A DNA stretch of 64,000 nt, taken from contig NW_002060960.1 of the NCBI RefSeq assembly GCF_000150275.1, positions 62,001 to 126,000 of the forward strand. Direction: 5' to 3'. The DNA is from Trichoplax adhaerens (taxonomy: Eukaryota > Animalia > Placozoa). The notes under the pieces were generated by a model. The model was not told the DNA's origin and ran no database searches. It worked only from the letters and a program-made list of their open reading frames with translations. This document shows positions 26,038-38,300 of this stretch, piece by piece (the first letter of the stretch is position 1; every line of letters starts with the position of its first letter). A program made the position numbers and the translations under genes.

Positions 26038-29000
26038 ATGGAATATCGATCTGGCAAGTCTGCTTTCCTTCAGGCAATAAAATCACTTTATGCAAAGGCC
26101 ATAGAAAATCATCAGGCTGGCAATCTTAACGAAGCAATATCTTGTTATACACGAATCTTGGATAAAATTCAAGTTATGTTTGTAAGAATTGCTGATTTAG
26201 ATCGACTTGAATGTGATATCTGTCTTCGCGTGAGTAGCATATATATGAAACAAAGTGAATGGACGAAAGCCGAGGAAATAATTATACAAGCACGAAAAGT
26301 AGCTGAGAAGCTGAAAGAAGAAAGAATGATTATTCGATGTTTAGAGAGACATGGTGACATAAAGCAAGTCAAAGAAGATTGGAATGGAGCATTGGCTGAC
26401 TATATAAAATCACTTGATAAGAAATTAAGTTACGTTAGCAAAGGAGATTTAGGTGTCAATCATTCTTACCTAAAGATAGCAACGATCTACTATACTCAAT
26501 GTAGATACGATGAGGCTATCTCCATGTATGAGAAATCACTCCAAATGCAATTATCAGTCCTTGGTCATGATCATCCCGACATTGCTGCCTTATATAACAA
26601 CATGGGTGCTGTATATATTAATCAGGGCAAGCACGAAAAGGCAATTTCTGTGTTTGAAAAGTCACTTAAAATTCAATTGTTAGTCCTTGGTCATGATCAT
26701 CCCGACATTGCTGCCTTATATAACAACATGGGTGCTGTATATATTAATCAGGGCAAGCACGAAAAGGCTATTTCTGTGTTTGAAAAGTCACTTAAAATTC
26801 AATTGCTAGTCCTTGGCCACAACCATTCTGATGTTGCCAAATCTTATAACAACATTGGTCTTGTCTATAAGCAACAGGCCAAATATGAACAGGCTATATC
26901 GATGTATGAGAACTCACTCAAAATTCAATTATCCGTCCTCGGTCACGACCATCAAGATGTTGCCACGTCATATAATAACTTGGGAAATGTGTATTATCAT
27001 CAAGGCAAGCATGAACTGGCTATTTCCATGTATAAGAAATCACTCAATATTCAATTGTCACTGCTAGATCACAATCATCCCGATATTGCCAAATCATATA
27101 ATAACCTAGGAAACATAAATTTTGAACAGGGAAACCATGAAGAGGCTATTTCTATGTATAACAAGTCACTCAAAATTCGATTATTAATTTTGAATAATAA
27201 TCATCCTGATGTTGCTCAATCCTATAACAATCTAGGAAGTGTGTATTCAAATCAGAGCAAGTATGAAGAAGCTATTTTAATGTTTAAGAAATCACTTAAA
27301 ATTCAATTGTCAATTTTAGGCCACGATCATCTTAATGTTGCCCAACTATATAGCAACTTAGGATCTGTATATAGAAAACAGGGCAAGTATGAAGAATCTA
27401 TTTCCATATATAATAAGTCCCTTGAAATTAAATTATCGGCCTTTGGTCACAATCATCCCGATGTTGCTTCATCTTATAGTAAACTGGGAAATGTGTATGC
27501 GGATCAGGGCAAATATGATGAGGCTATTTCTTTGTATGAAAAATCACTCCAAATTCAAATATCAGCTCTTGATCATAAGCATCCTGATATTGCTGTATCT
27601 TATAATAATATGGGAGCGGTGTATATTGATCAGTGCAAGCGTGAGGAAGCTATTCGTATGTATAAGAAGTCATTAGAAATTCAATTATCAATCCTTGGCC
27701 ATAATCACCCCGACGTTGCTAAGTTATATAGCAACATTGGTCTTGCGTATATGCATCAAGGAAAGCATAACGAGGCTATCGCAATGTATGAGAAGTCACT
27801 TAAAATTCGAATGTCTGTCCTTGATTGCAATCATCCCGATGTTGCCCAATCCTACGATAATATGGGAGACGTATATTCTAATCAAAACAAATATGAAGAG
27901 GCTATTTCCTTGTATAACAAGTCTCTCGACATTAAATTATCAGTCCTTGATCACAGTCATCCCGATATCGCTATATCATATAGCAATATAGCTAATATAT
28001 ACTACAATCAAAGTAAACATGAAGAAGCTATTCGTATGTATGAGAAATCACTTAAAATTCAGTTGTCAGCTGTTGGTTACGATCATCCCGACGTTGCTAA
28101 ATTATATAACAATATGGGAGCTATCTATAATGATCAAAGCAAGCATGAAGAGGCGATTGCTATGTTTAAGAAATCACTCAAAACTCAATTATCGGCTCTT
28201 GGTCACGAGCATTCCGATGTTGCTACGTCATATAATAATCTAGGAAATGTGTATGCTGATCAAGGCAGATATGGAGATGCAATTTCCATGTATGAGAAGT
28301 CACTCAAAATTCAATTATCGATCCTTGATTTGGATCATCCTGATATTGCCACATCATATAACAATCTTGGAAATGCATATGCTGATCAGGCTAAGTATAG
28401 AGAGGCTATTCGTATGTATGAAAAGGGAATCAAAATTCAATTATCAATCTTTGGCGAAAAGCATTCCAATGTTGCCAAATCATATAACAACATGGGAGCT
28501 GCGTATAGTAATCAGGGCAAGTATGATGAGGCTATTTTTATGTATGAGAAATCACTTAAAATTAAACTCTCAATCCTTGGTCACAACCATCCCGATGTTG
28601 CGAAGTCATATAACAATATGGGAGCTGTGTATAATAAGCAAGGCAAGCATAAAGAGGCTACTTCTATGTATGAGAAATCACTCGAAGTTCAATTATCAAT
28701 CCTTGATCACAATCATCCCGATATTGCTGCATCATATTACAATATGGGAGCTGCTTATTTCGATCAGAGCAAGCATGAAGAGGCTATTCAAATGTATAAG
28801 AAATCACTTAAAATCGAATTGTCGGTTCTTGATGACGATCATCCCGATCTTGCTAAATCATTTCACAGTCTAGGAAGTATATGCCATAATCGAGGCAAGT
28901 ATGAGGAAGCTATATCGATGTTTAAAAAGGCTCTTAAAATTCAACTATCGATCTTCAATCACAATCATCCTGATGTGGCTTCGATATATAACAATATGGG

Positions 29001-29970
29001 AGTTGCGTATAATTGCCAGGAAAAACACGATGAGGCTATTTCTATGTTTAAAAAAACTCTCAAAATTCAATTATCAGCACTTGATCACAATCATCCTGAT
29101 GTCGCTAGCTCATATAGCAATCTAGGAAACGTATATTTCGATCAAGGCAAGCTTGAAGAAGCTACTGCTATGTATAATAAATCACTAAAAATTCAATTGT
29201 CAGTTCTTGATCACAATCATCCCAATGTTGCTCAATCATACTATAATCTAGGAAATATATATAATAATCAAGGAAAGCAAGATCAGGCTATTTCTATGTA
29301 TCAGAAGTCCCTCAACATTCGATTATCAGTCCCTAGTCTCAACCAAGCAGATGTTGCTCAGACATATAATGGCATAGGAGCTGCATATAATAATCTAGGC
29401 AAGCATGAAGAGGCAATTTCCATGTACAAAAAATCGCTCAAAATTCAATTATCAGTCCTTGGTGATAGTCATCCTGATGTCGCTACTTCATATAGTAATA
29501 TAGGAGCTGTCTATTTTCATCAGGAAAAACTTGAACAAGCTATTTCTATCTACGATAAGGCGCTCAAAATTCGATTATCAGTTCTTGGTCAAAATCATCC
29601 TCGTACTGCTAAATCTTATAACGATATAGGAGCAGTGTATTTCGCTCAAAGAAAACATGATGAGTCTATTGCTATGTACGAGAAATCACTAAAAATTCAG
29701 CTTTTAGTCCTTGATCATAGTCATCCGGACGTTGGCATATCTTATAGTAACCTCGGCGCTGTTTACTTTGAACAAAACAAGCATGAAGAGGCTATTCGAA
29801 TGTACGAGAAATCGCTTAAAATTCAATTATGTACTTTTGATGACAATCATCCTCAGATTCTGATGCTCTATTATAAGATGGGAAAGGTGTATGAAAAGCA
29901 GAATAAGCAAGAACAAGCTCAATCTATGTATCAAAAATCATCTAAAATGCTCTTATCGTCATCATCTTGA
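26038..29970 (+). CDS. Intronless TPR-array protein, 1310 aa, ~28 tandem 42-aa TPR repeats (kinesin-light-chain/NPHP3-type)
   Basis: Single uninterrupted ORF with repeat consensus HPDVAxSYNNMGxVYxxQGKxEEAISMYEKSLKIQLSxLGHN and a 126-bp DNA period. A splice acceptor just upstream of the ATG suggests a 5' UTR exon. Confidence 0.95.
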   Translation: MEYRSGKSAFLQAIKSLYAKAIENHQAGNLNEAISCYTRILDKIQVMFVRIADLDRLECDICLRVSSIYMKQSEWTKAEEIIIQARKVAEKLKEERMIIRCLERHGDIKQVKEDWNGALADYIKSLDKKLSYVSKGDLGVNHSYLKIATIYYTQCRYDEAISMYEKSLQMQLSVLGHDHPDIAALYNNMGAVYINQGKHEKAISVFEKSLKIQLLVLGHDHPDIAALYNNMGAVYINQGKHEKAISVFEKSLKIQLLVLGHNHSDVAKSYNNIGLVYKQQAKYEQAISMYENSLKIQLSVLGHDHQDVATSYNNLGNVYYHQGKHELAISMYKKSLNIQLSLLDHNHPDIAKSYNNLGNINFEQGNHEEAISMYNKSLKIRLLILNNNHPDVAQSYNNLGSVYSNQSKYEEAILMFKKSLKIQLSILGHDHLNVAQLYSNLGSVYRKQGKYEESISIYNKSLEIKLSAFGHNHPDVASSYSKLGNVYADQGKYDEAISLYEKSLQIQISALDHKHPDIAVSYNNMGAVYIDQCKREEAIRMYKKSLEIQLSILGHNHPDVAKLYSNIGLAYMHQGKHNEAIAMYEKSLKIRMSVLDCNHPDVAQSYDNMGDVYSNQNKYEEAISLYNKSLDIKLSVLDHSHPDIAISYSNIANIYYNQSKHEEAIRMYEKSLKIQLSAVGYDHPDVAKLYNNMGAIYNDQSKHEEAIAMFKKSLKTQLSALGHEHSDVATSYNNLGNVYADQGRYGDAISMYEKSLKIQLSILDLDHPDIATSYNNLGNAYADQAKYREAIRMYEKGIKIQLSIFGEKHSNVAKSYNNMGAAYSNQGKYDEAIFMYEKSLKIKLSILGHNHPDVAKSYNNMGAVYNKQGKHKEATSMYEKSLEVQLSILDHNHPDIAASYYNMGAAYFDQSKHEEAIQMYKKSLKIELSVLDDDHPDLAKSFHSLGSICHNRGKYEEAISMFKKALKIQLSIFNHNHPDVASIYNNMGVAYNCQEKHDEAISMFKKTLKIQLSALDHNHPDVASSYSNLGNVYFDQGKLEEATAMYNKSLKIQLSVLDHNHPNVAQSYYNLGNIYNNQGKQDQAISMYQKSLNIRLSVPSLNQADVAQTYNGIGAAYNNLGKHEEAISMYKKSLKIQLSVLGDSHPDVATSYSNIGAVYFHQEKLEQAISIYDKALKIRLSVLGQNHPRTAKSYNDIGAVYFAQRKHDESIAMYEKSLKIQLLVLDHSHPDVGISYSNLGAVYFEQNKHEEAIRMYEKSLKIQLCTFDDNHPQILMLYYKMGKVYEKQNKQEQAQSMYQKSSKMLLSSSS

Positions 29971-32303
29971 TACTAATCAGGCATACAGACTTCATAATAT
30001 GGGCATTCTGGTCAATTACTAGAGAACCTTAATATTGGACATAAGGCTGAAGATTCTCTTAGTACAGAATATATCGGGAAATATTTAAATATTAATTATT
30101 TTCTTCCGTCACAATCATTATGTTTTCCTATCATGAATCATATAATACTGTCGTTTATGTCAATATATTCAAGTATATTTCCACAAGAATATTCGATGAA
30201 TGCTCTCGAGCACTGATCGGTATCAATTTATATAATATGCTCAGTATATCATATGGTGCTTACTTCAGATTACTTACTGTTACACTGTGAACATGCGATA
30301 TTCCTGTAACTAGCTGAAATTACTACGAGATGGCTAGTTAATATAGCTAAGAAGCATACGAATATGTACTACTTTGAAATATCGGAAAACATAGATGTCA
30401 CAAAACAGCTTTGCAACAAGATAACGCAATATACGATCAATAAGTCAATTCCTTGAACCACGTATCAAGGAACGATATCTGCACTATCACAAACACTTTT
30501 GCTCTACTAGCAGACTACACAAAGACTTAAACGCCTCGTATTTTACGTTAAACACTAAGTTGGACAATTCTTCTTTATTTCACGATATTCTGCATTTATA
30601 TACTATTCCTCAATAGTTCATGAGTCATAGTTAATACAATGAACATTAGAATCATTTACTGAATTAGATATTAATTTTAGCTACTGCTCCCTTAATGCAG
30701 ACAACAGTATTTACGAACATAGACATATAATGACTAATACAGAATAGTCAGATTACGATATGTCCTATCACGGAACATTTCCATGATAATTTACAGTCTA
30801 CCATAAGTAAATTACAATCACAATGATTCGAACTGTAAGCAGATGATTTGCATTCCCTATTATAACTATTAATTTCAGTATGTGTATAAGTGTCACTGTC
30901 ATAAAAAGTCAGTGCTATATTAAAACACAGTATATCCAAATTAGAAGTTAACTAAATAAGGATAGTCTAACAGAATTATCCTAACATAGTTATTTCTACT
31001 GTAATACAGTATTTAACACTGTAACAATAGAATATAATTTTGTACACTTGAGCTTTTATCACGGAATGTTGCATTATTTCTTCACTATAAGACAAAGATA
31101 TGTAATCTAAATGCTTGATAGGAGTAAATCCTAGATATTGCAAAATTAGCAAGTAATCTTGTGTAGTCATTTTTACCGTTATTACTTTCATCATTAAATT
31201 CTTGCTTCGGGTTAATGTTATTTCAAGCTTATTGGAGAATTATCTCAATTTGTTTAAAGTACTGTTTCAATCAACTTTCTAATATCCAACATGACTCAAA
31301 ATAGCTATCTTATATTTTCAGGTTTACATAAAATTTTATCGCAGTTGCATTGATGATTGAAGCACAACACCAAATTACAATAATTTTAACAATAAACTTA
31401 TAAAATTACTTAAATGAATGATAGAAAAGATAGACATACTGCCTTAACCAGCCGAACTACTGAAAAATAAATAAGAATAACCCATTATTAAGGAATACAA
31501 ATCCTACTTCTTACTAGCCTATCTTTGGAATTTCTTTAAACCATCAACTACTAGACTATTGCTCTTTCGCATTACATCATCCTCATTTGCTATGTAAAGC
31601 AGTTAGTAATATCAAACTAATCAAATATTATTCTAAAATATACTAAAATTAAGTCAGTAATTGAGATGCTTGTAGCGAGAATAATTTACTCGATCTTTTC
31701 TGCCAATCCTCAATAATAATAATTAAGTGCTACTTTACTTTGGGGTTGACTATTGGCGTGTATGCTAATTTTCTTTATTCAAATTGTTAAGGAGGAAGAA
31801 AATGACAAAGTGAACTTAAATAGTGCAAGGAATGTATTGAAAATGAAATTTAGTCTTTACTGTTGCAGAAAATATCTAGCAGATTATGCCTAAGCAGTCA
31901 GTATTCAAGTGATTTAAGCTAATTTGTGAAGTAAAAAACAGCAGGTTACATGTATGTCTACAATTAATGGCGCAATTGTAGCCTAACAGCTGCATGTGAG
32001 AAGTGATAAATTTGCAGAAAGCTGCTAAGCGAAATGATTAGTAAAGGTTTTACTATTGGAAACGTTGCTATTTTATCAACGAAAGATAGATGTCACTAGT
32101 TAATAAAGCAGTAACCTATCCGGCTTAGCACAAGGCAAATATCATCTCAAAAGCATATCAAGGATTCTTGACTGACGTAAAATAAGTAATTATCGATAAC
32201 AATTTACTAGATAGCCTAAGTGCAGCCTAATTTTTATCAGATAGTGTTGGTAAAGAACTGAACTTTTGAACTCTAAATTGTAAAAGTAGCTTAAGATGAC
32301 TCT

Positions 32304-35300
32304 TTATTTCCTAATGATGGCAATAGTACTGGAATGTAGTTTCTCTAATCCTCCTTCTTTAACTTGAAATGCTGATTTAGAATTCTGAAAGAAAATAGAT
32401 TATTCCAGTGTCAATCTATTGCTTAATTTGCTCCCGAGCTGTATGAAATTAAAATTTTAGAATTCATGAATATAGACAGTTTAAAAATTAGTTACAGCAA
32501 AGAATCCACGATCTCAGTTAAAACGATTTTTACATGAATAATTTAATCCAATGTCGTCTGCTATTAAAAAAATAGGTTATAGCTATTAAAACTACCGCAA
32601 AAGGTAATAAATTGTACTTCAAATCAAACTGATTCATAATGCAAGTTTTCAAGGTTACAATTTTACTCTCTGCTTCATTTTGATTCTACAAATTCTCTCT
32701 ATTTTACATCGTCAATAGTAAGTTCAATTTTGAGTCTAATTTTTCATATTTACTCTCTAAATCGGCCGTTTAGTTAAAATTGCATACTTTTGCTACGTGA
32801 ATGTAGCTTAAAAGGTCATAATATATACTGCAATTCAGAGTGGTCCTTATTCGAAATCTCCAAAGTTGCAATTTTGCTCATTGCTTCATTTTAAATCTCC
32901 ACATTCTCAATTTCATATCGTCGATTTTAAGGTCGATGTAAATGCTAATTCCTTCATATTTACTCACTGAGTCAGCTGTTTAGTTGAAATTTTCATGCTT
33001 TCGCTACATGTATCGACCTCTAACATCACTGCCTGATTTTTTTCTTAGTTTGAGTTTTTGGATCTAATAAAGGATTATATAACAATTTCTTTTTTAGACT
33101 AATACATTTTCTGATTCTATTATTCTGCAGCAGCTAATACAAGTAATAACGCTTGAGTATCCAAGTAGCTAAAACGATTAACCGAAGAATACGAATCTAT
33201 TCAATATATAATTTAGTAATTTCATACTTACTAGGTTTGCCATTTCAGTTCCTTTGCCAGTCTGAATCCAAAATTAATAATTTCAAGAATTAAAATTGAA
33301 TTACTTAGTCTAATTCGTGTGGTAATGAAAGTTAATGTCGAGGTATATATGAAATTTTAAATCAAGCTGTTTCGGTCCATAGTACTGAATGACGTTAATA
33401 TATGATTATCATAAGCGCTAGTGTTTAAATAAAGCCACATTATACCTCCCCTTTTAGGCGCTTGCTAATCATCGTCCATGTTCTAGTAGATAATTTGAGG
33501 AGTAAAGATGCGTTAAAAATGAAATTATAAAATTTCTTATTTTCTAAATCATTTATAATTGATTGTAGATGCTATAATAATAGTATTAAACTCTTCACAT
33601 TTCGAGATAGCCAACACTATTTTATGGCTAATTACGTTTACCTTTGTGAAGCACGACGATTTTTTTCTGTTACTTCTGCTGTTCGTAAGGTTAGACCAAA
33701 AATATCCTCATGGTATCTGCCATTTTTCTAGACCACGACAGTCATATGAGGTAAAGATGGAATTTATACCGATTCATTGGTGGATCCATTTCAATTGTAT
33801 TCCCTTACCTTCAAGTTTTTGGTCATTTCGAGAGCATCTTCTTGGCTAAATTGCCCATAATCAATGAGTATATTCTGTAATTTATTATTCAGTAGCCAAA
33901 TTTCTTGAGATGCTTCATTAATCATATTTACGGATTCATAATTCGTACATGGAAAGTAAAATCAATTTGATCAAACCTGAATTGCTCTTGTTACACCTGC
34001 TGCCATAGATACATCACCACATACGTAAATATGCCCGTCGTCGTCTAAAAGCATTGCGAGCACCTCATTACCATTTTGGCTCAGTATGTCTTGCACATAT
34101 TGCTACATAAATGGAAAAAAAGCTTATGTAAGCAAGGTTAATAAATGCTAATAACTAACCGTAAGAAAGTAAGTATCTTAAAGATGGCTAGATGCGCGTA
34201 TTTTTAACCTTTGGTTCGTCTGGCGCCCTTGAGTAAGCTTTATAAACTTCTTTGATGACCTTTTTATTCACGCAATCCTCCAATTCTTCCCTATAAATGT
34301 CATCCTTTACCGGTGTTCTGCACCCAAAGTATAAAACCATGTCACCAAAGTTATTTGAAGAATTGTCCTCTTCTTTTTGGGCATCACTACCAGCAGTAGC
34401 TGCTTTGCACTCTAAAAATTATAAAAAAATACTGCATGTCAACGAGCTAGGAAGATGATGCCAGCAATTTCTGTTATTGGAATAGTAATCTATATTTTCT
34501 TATTTGCAAGTTTAAATCATCTATTTGGATAAGATATCGCATACCATATGCTATTAGTTAAGCACTTGATAAGTTACCACTGCTAGCACAATAAATATGC
34601 AAAAGTTGATAGTAAAATACCTATGGCTCTCTGTTGCCAAAAGCTTCTAAAAGGAGCTATTCCTGTTCCAGGGCCAACCATAATGATCGGTATCGAGTTA
34701 TTAGATGGCATCTGGAAGCTTGGAGCTCTGTCATACGATTATTTAGTACATTAGAAAGTAAAGCAAAATTAGCAAATACCAATCAAATCATCGAAATTTA
34801 AACTGTGTTACAGATTTTCATGTTAAAAATCATAGAAACGTAGAAATTTATGATCGCGTGTAGTTCATCTAATACTTCTAAAGTATATAGAAGGATTCTT
34901 AATCTAAAAGCTTTAAAAACCTGACTAATTTTGTTAGAGCCCAACTCAATGACTACTTCTTTAATTTATAAGAAATATACGTATATAACTCTCTAGCAGC
35001 ATCAAATTCAGTACTACCTGCTGAGCTGTAAGTTGTCAGCTATTTTTGATAAATAATATAAAATATATTAATTAACATCAAATGTATTTTAAGTAATTAT
35101 AGCGTAGTATAATTATACTATTGGCAATTGGGTGTCAGGGTACGAAGCATCGTGAAGACTAAATGAGTAAATTCAGTGTTTAACATTTATATATAGAGGT
35201 AACTAATAATAACTTATAGTAAGAAGTACGGTAGTTATTATTTTGTTACAGTAAATTACGCTGTACTGTAGTAAGAGTTCTCATAAGGTAACTAATATTC

Positions 35301-38300
35301 ATTGCTTATCGTGTTATGTCTTGTAACACTTGTGATTAATATCTGGAAGACATTCATAATTTAGCTATCCAATACGAACAAAATTTCATCTACTGTTATG
35401 ACTCATACATGATAGCAGCTGCCGAAAGGTATTTAAGTTCGGCAGATAGTTGAATAAAGAAGAGTTCTATAGTTGTTTAACGTAGAAGCAAAGGTGTCTA
35501 AACTCTTGTGAGATAGTTAAGAGATACTAAATCTCGAAGACTAGTAACTTAGAGATTTGCTTTGCGTTATCTTTGTCATGAAACTGGTTTGTAACTAGGG
35601 GTAAGTTTCAAAATCCTCTTAAAATATTTGCAAGATTTGGCAGTACGTCACTTGGGTATTATTATTATAAACTTTGATAATATTTATTTATAATAGTATA
35701 TAATTGCGCTAGCTCATAAAAACCTCCTTAGAACTCGAAGATAGGAGAATGCATAATCTAAGTAAAAATTTCCTTACGCTTTAGTGAAACAGTGGATAGT
35801 TGCTCCTTCTTTTAAGGAATTAAGCCAATTAGAGCAAACACCGCGGCACAGCTTCCCTGATTTAGTATAATACTGTACCACTCCAACTGTAATATGGATC
35901 TCATTAGGAAACATGGCCATAGATGAGGATATCGAATAGTATCTCTAAAAAAGTAAAGAAATTTTCCGTTTACAATCCATAAATACATATGAATTATGCT
36001 GCAATTAGACAGCCCCATCTATATTATGTACTTGTTTTAATCGCGGTAATTTCGACAGCAATAGAGTAGATTGTATTTGAAGAGATGGAAACTTATCGAT
36101 CACATCCAATATGTTAGGATTTTCGTAAAATTTCCAGTCTTCATATTCATCTTGTCCCTAATATTGAAGCATTTAGACTTATTCTATGCTAACTTAAAAT
36201 CTTAAAAATATAACGTTACTGTGCATCGCAACAAAGACAATCAATATTCTATCACTATCACTTAGTGTTACTTATAATAGTACCTTTGCTAACTCTTCTA
36301 GATGGCTCTTTTCTTTTTCATCCTTGGCCTAGAAATGATAGAAAATCATCATAAAGTCTATCTACAGCATGATATATGGAGTTCAACCGTGCATTGCCAA
36401 TTCTTAGCCAGATTTATTTCAACTATATGAGTTTATAAATTATACATTAACAATCTCCGCCTTAACGCAGTCTTACCTGATTGACCAAATATTGCAGAAA
36501 TTGTGGTGTAGGAGGTGTTGATATATCGACAAATCGAGAAAATGCTTCTCTTAACGTAAAAATAGGTGGTATATGGTTATCAACCGTCCAATTTTTTTCT
36601 AATCGATACGAAAACAAAATTTTAATCAATTATGATAAAAATTGGGGACAAGTATGAGTTTGACAGCAAGTATTAATAAGGAGCATGTAAGTCAGGTTAT
36701 TTAAGACCGTTATTTAGATATTCCATTTGAATAGGTGTATCTGGCGACTGTCCATCTGTTAGTTTAGTTAATAAAGCATCCACTATTTCCGGATCATTGC
36801 CTGGAAATATAGACAAATGATCGCCAGCAGCATAGTTCAAGCTAGAATTGTTGCCCTTATCCAACTTAACGAGAATCGTGTAATGCCTTTATAATATAAC
36901 AAAAAATTCCTAATGAATTTTTATAATTTATCTACAAAAACTAAATATAGCAGGAAATAAAAGTATACAAGAAAAAATTCAAAATTCAAAATAATTAAAA
37001 TTAGGATAAAATACTATTTCTTTCTTAGCATCGTATTATCTTACGGATCGAATAGTAATTTCAACCACTATTAGGCATTAATTATATCTCAGCTATCGTT
37101 GAAGGTACTATAACTTACAAAGAAGTGGTGGATTGTAAGCTTGTAACGGAAATAACTGTTGCTGATTGAATCTTCTTTGAATGAATTTTGGACAGAGCTA
37201 ATTCAATATATCAAATTTGTAATGATAGCAGGTAAGCTACACATTTTCGATGAGTTAAGCGTCGCCATATGTATGCATAAAATTACGACTAGCGATCATT
37301 TTACTAACTGATGTAAGATCGAAATTAAACGCTATATTACCTTCAATAAGCGGCTTGATGGGTTTCTTTTCTTTATGCACAAGACGATAATTACTCTCTG
37401 ACCAAGCTGGTACGGTTGTTAATAATGTATTAGTTGTCTTAAAATCGCTATTGAGATCGATTGAAAATGTATTGCAGGCAGTCTAATCAATTAATAAAGA
37501 CATTTCGTTAAAAAATGGATCAATCTTGAGACAATTTCTTAATTTTTCTTATCAGATATTGAAGAGAATCAATTCATTATGAACTTAGTAAATAAACTAC
37601 ACATACACGCAAAGCATTATCAGCCCATATCTTAAATGATTCCTCTTGTCCGCAGAGTTCATCCCCTTCACCAAGAGGACAAATTCTTTCGGCTCCCATT
37701 TTGTGCAATGAAGCATCAATAAAACGGCCGAAAGCACAAAAATTATCTCCATATACTCTGGAGCCTAAAGCGAATACGGAATATCTGCATAATAAAAAGT
37801 CAAATAAATTCTAAGACCTTTTCAAAAGTATAGAATTGGCTAACATAGAAGCTTCGATAGCAACAACAAACAAGATAGATAAATTTATGCCACAGTTACG
37901 AAGAGGCATACTATTATTGGTGTTATTTATCGCTGTTAGGGTACATGAAACCAGTTATTATTACAAATGCAATGATTATACATAATTAAATTAAAATATA
38001 GCTTATTTTCAAAGAAATGTTAACTATTTTAAATACGATTTACATTTCTATTTTCATATTTTTTATCGTACAGTATTGCAATAGTAAACCTAGATCACAG
38101 CAGTTTTACAGCGCAAAGCCAAAATAATCTTACTTAACATTGAGAATTCTTGTACCATAGTCATTTAAAGCATTGTAGTCTTCCCTACAACAATTAATAT
38201 TATCAGTCCTTCAGATATTTTCATTCAAAATGCTGTCTTTCGCTATATTAAAATATCAGTGTTTATTCTAAGCAAATAGAACTCTTCAGCTCTTATCGGT

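Noticed and set aside
26169-29125. Several 67-208 aa ORFs overlapping the TPR gene in other frames or on the other strand
   Set aside because: Shadow frames produced by the repetitive codon pattern of the TPR array; no independent coding signal.
30748-31194. Two short minus-strand ORFs between the TPR gene and NOS
   Set aside because: Length and composition are as expected by chance in AT-rich DNA; no splice or homology support.
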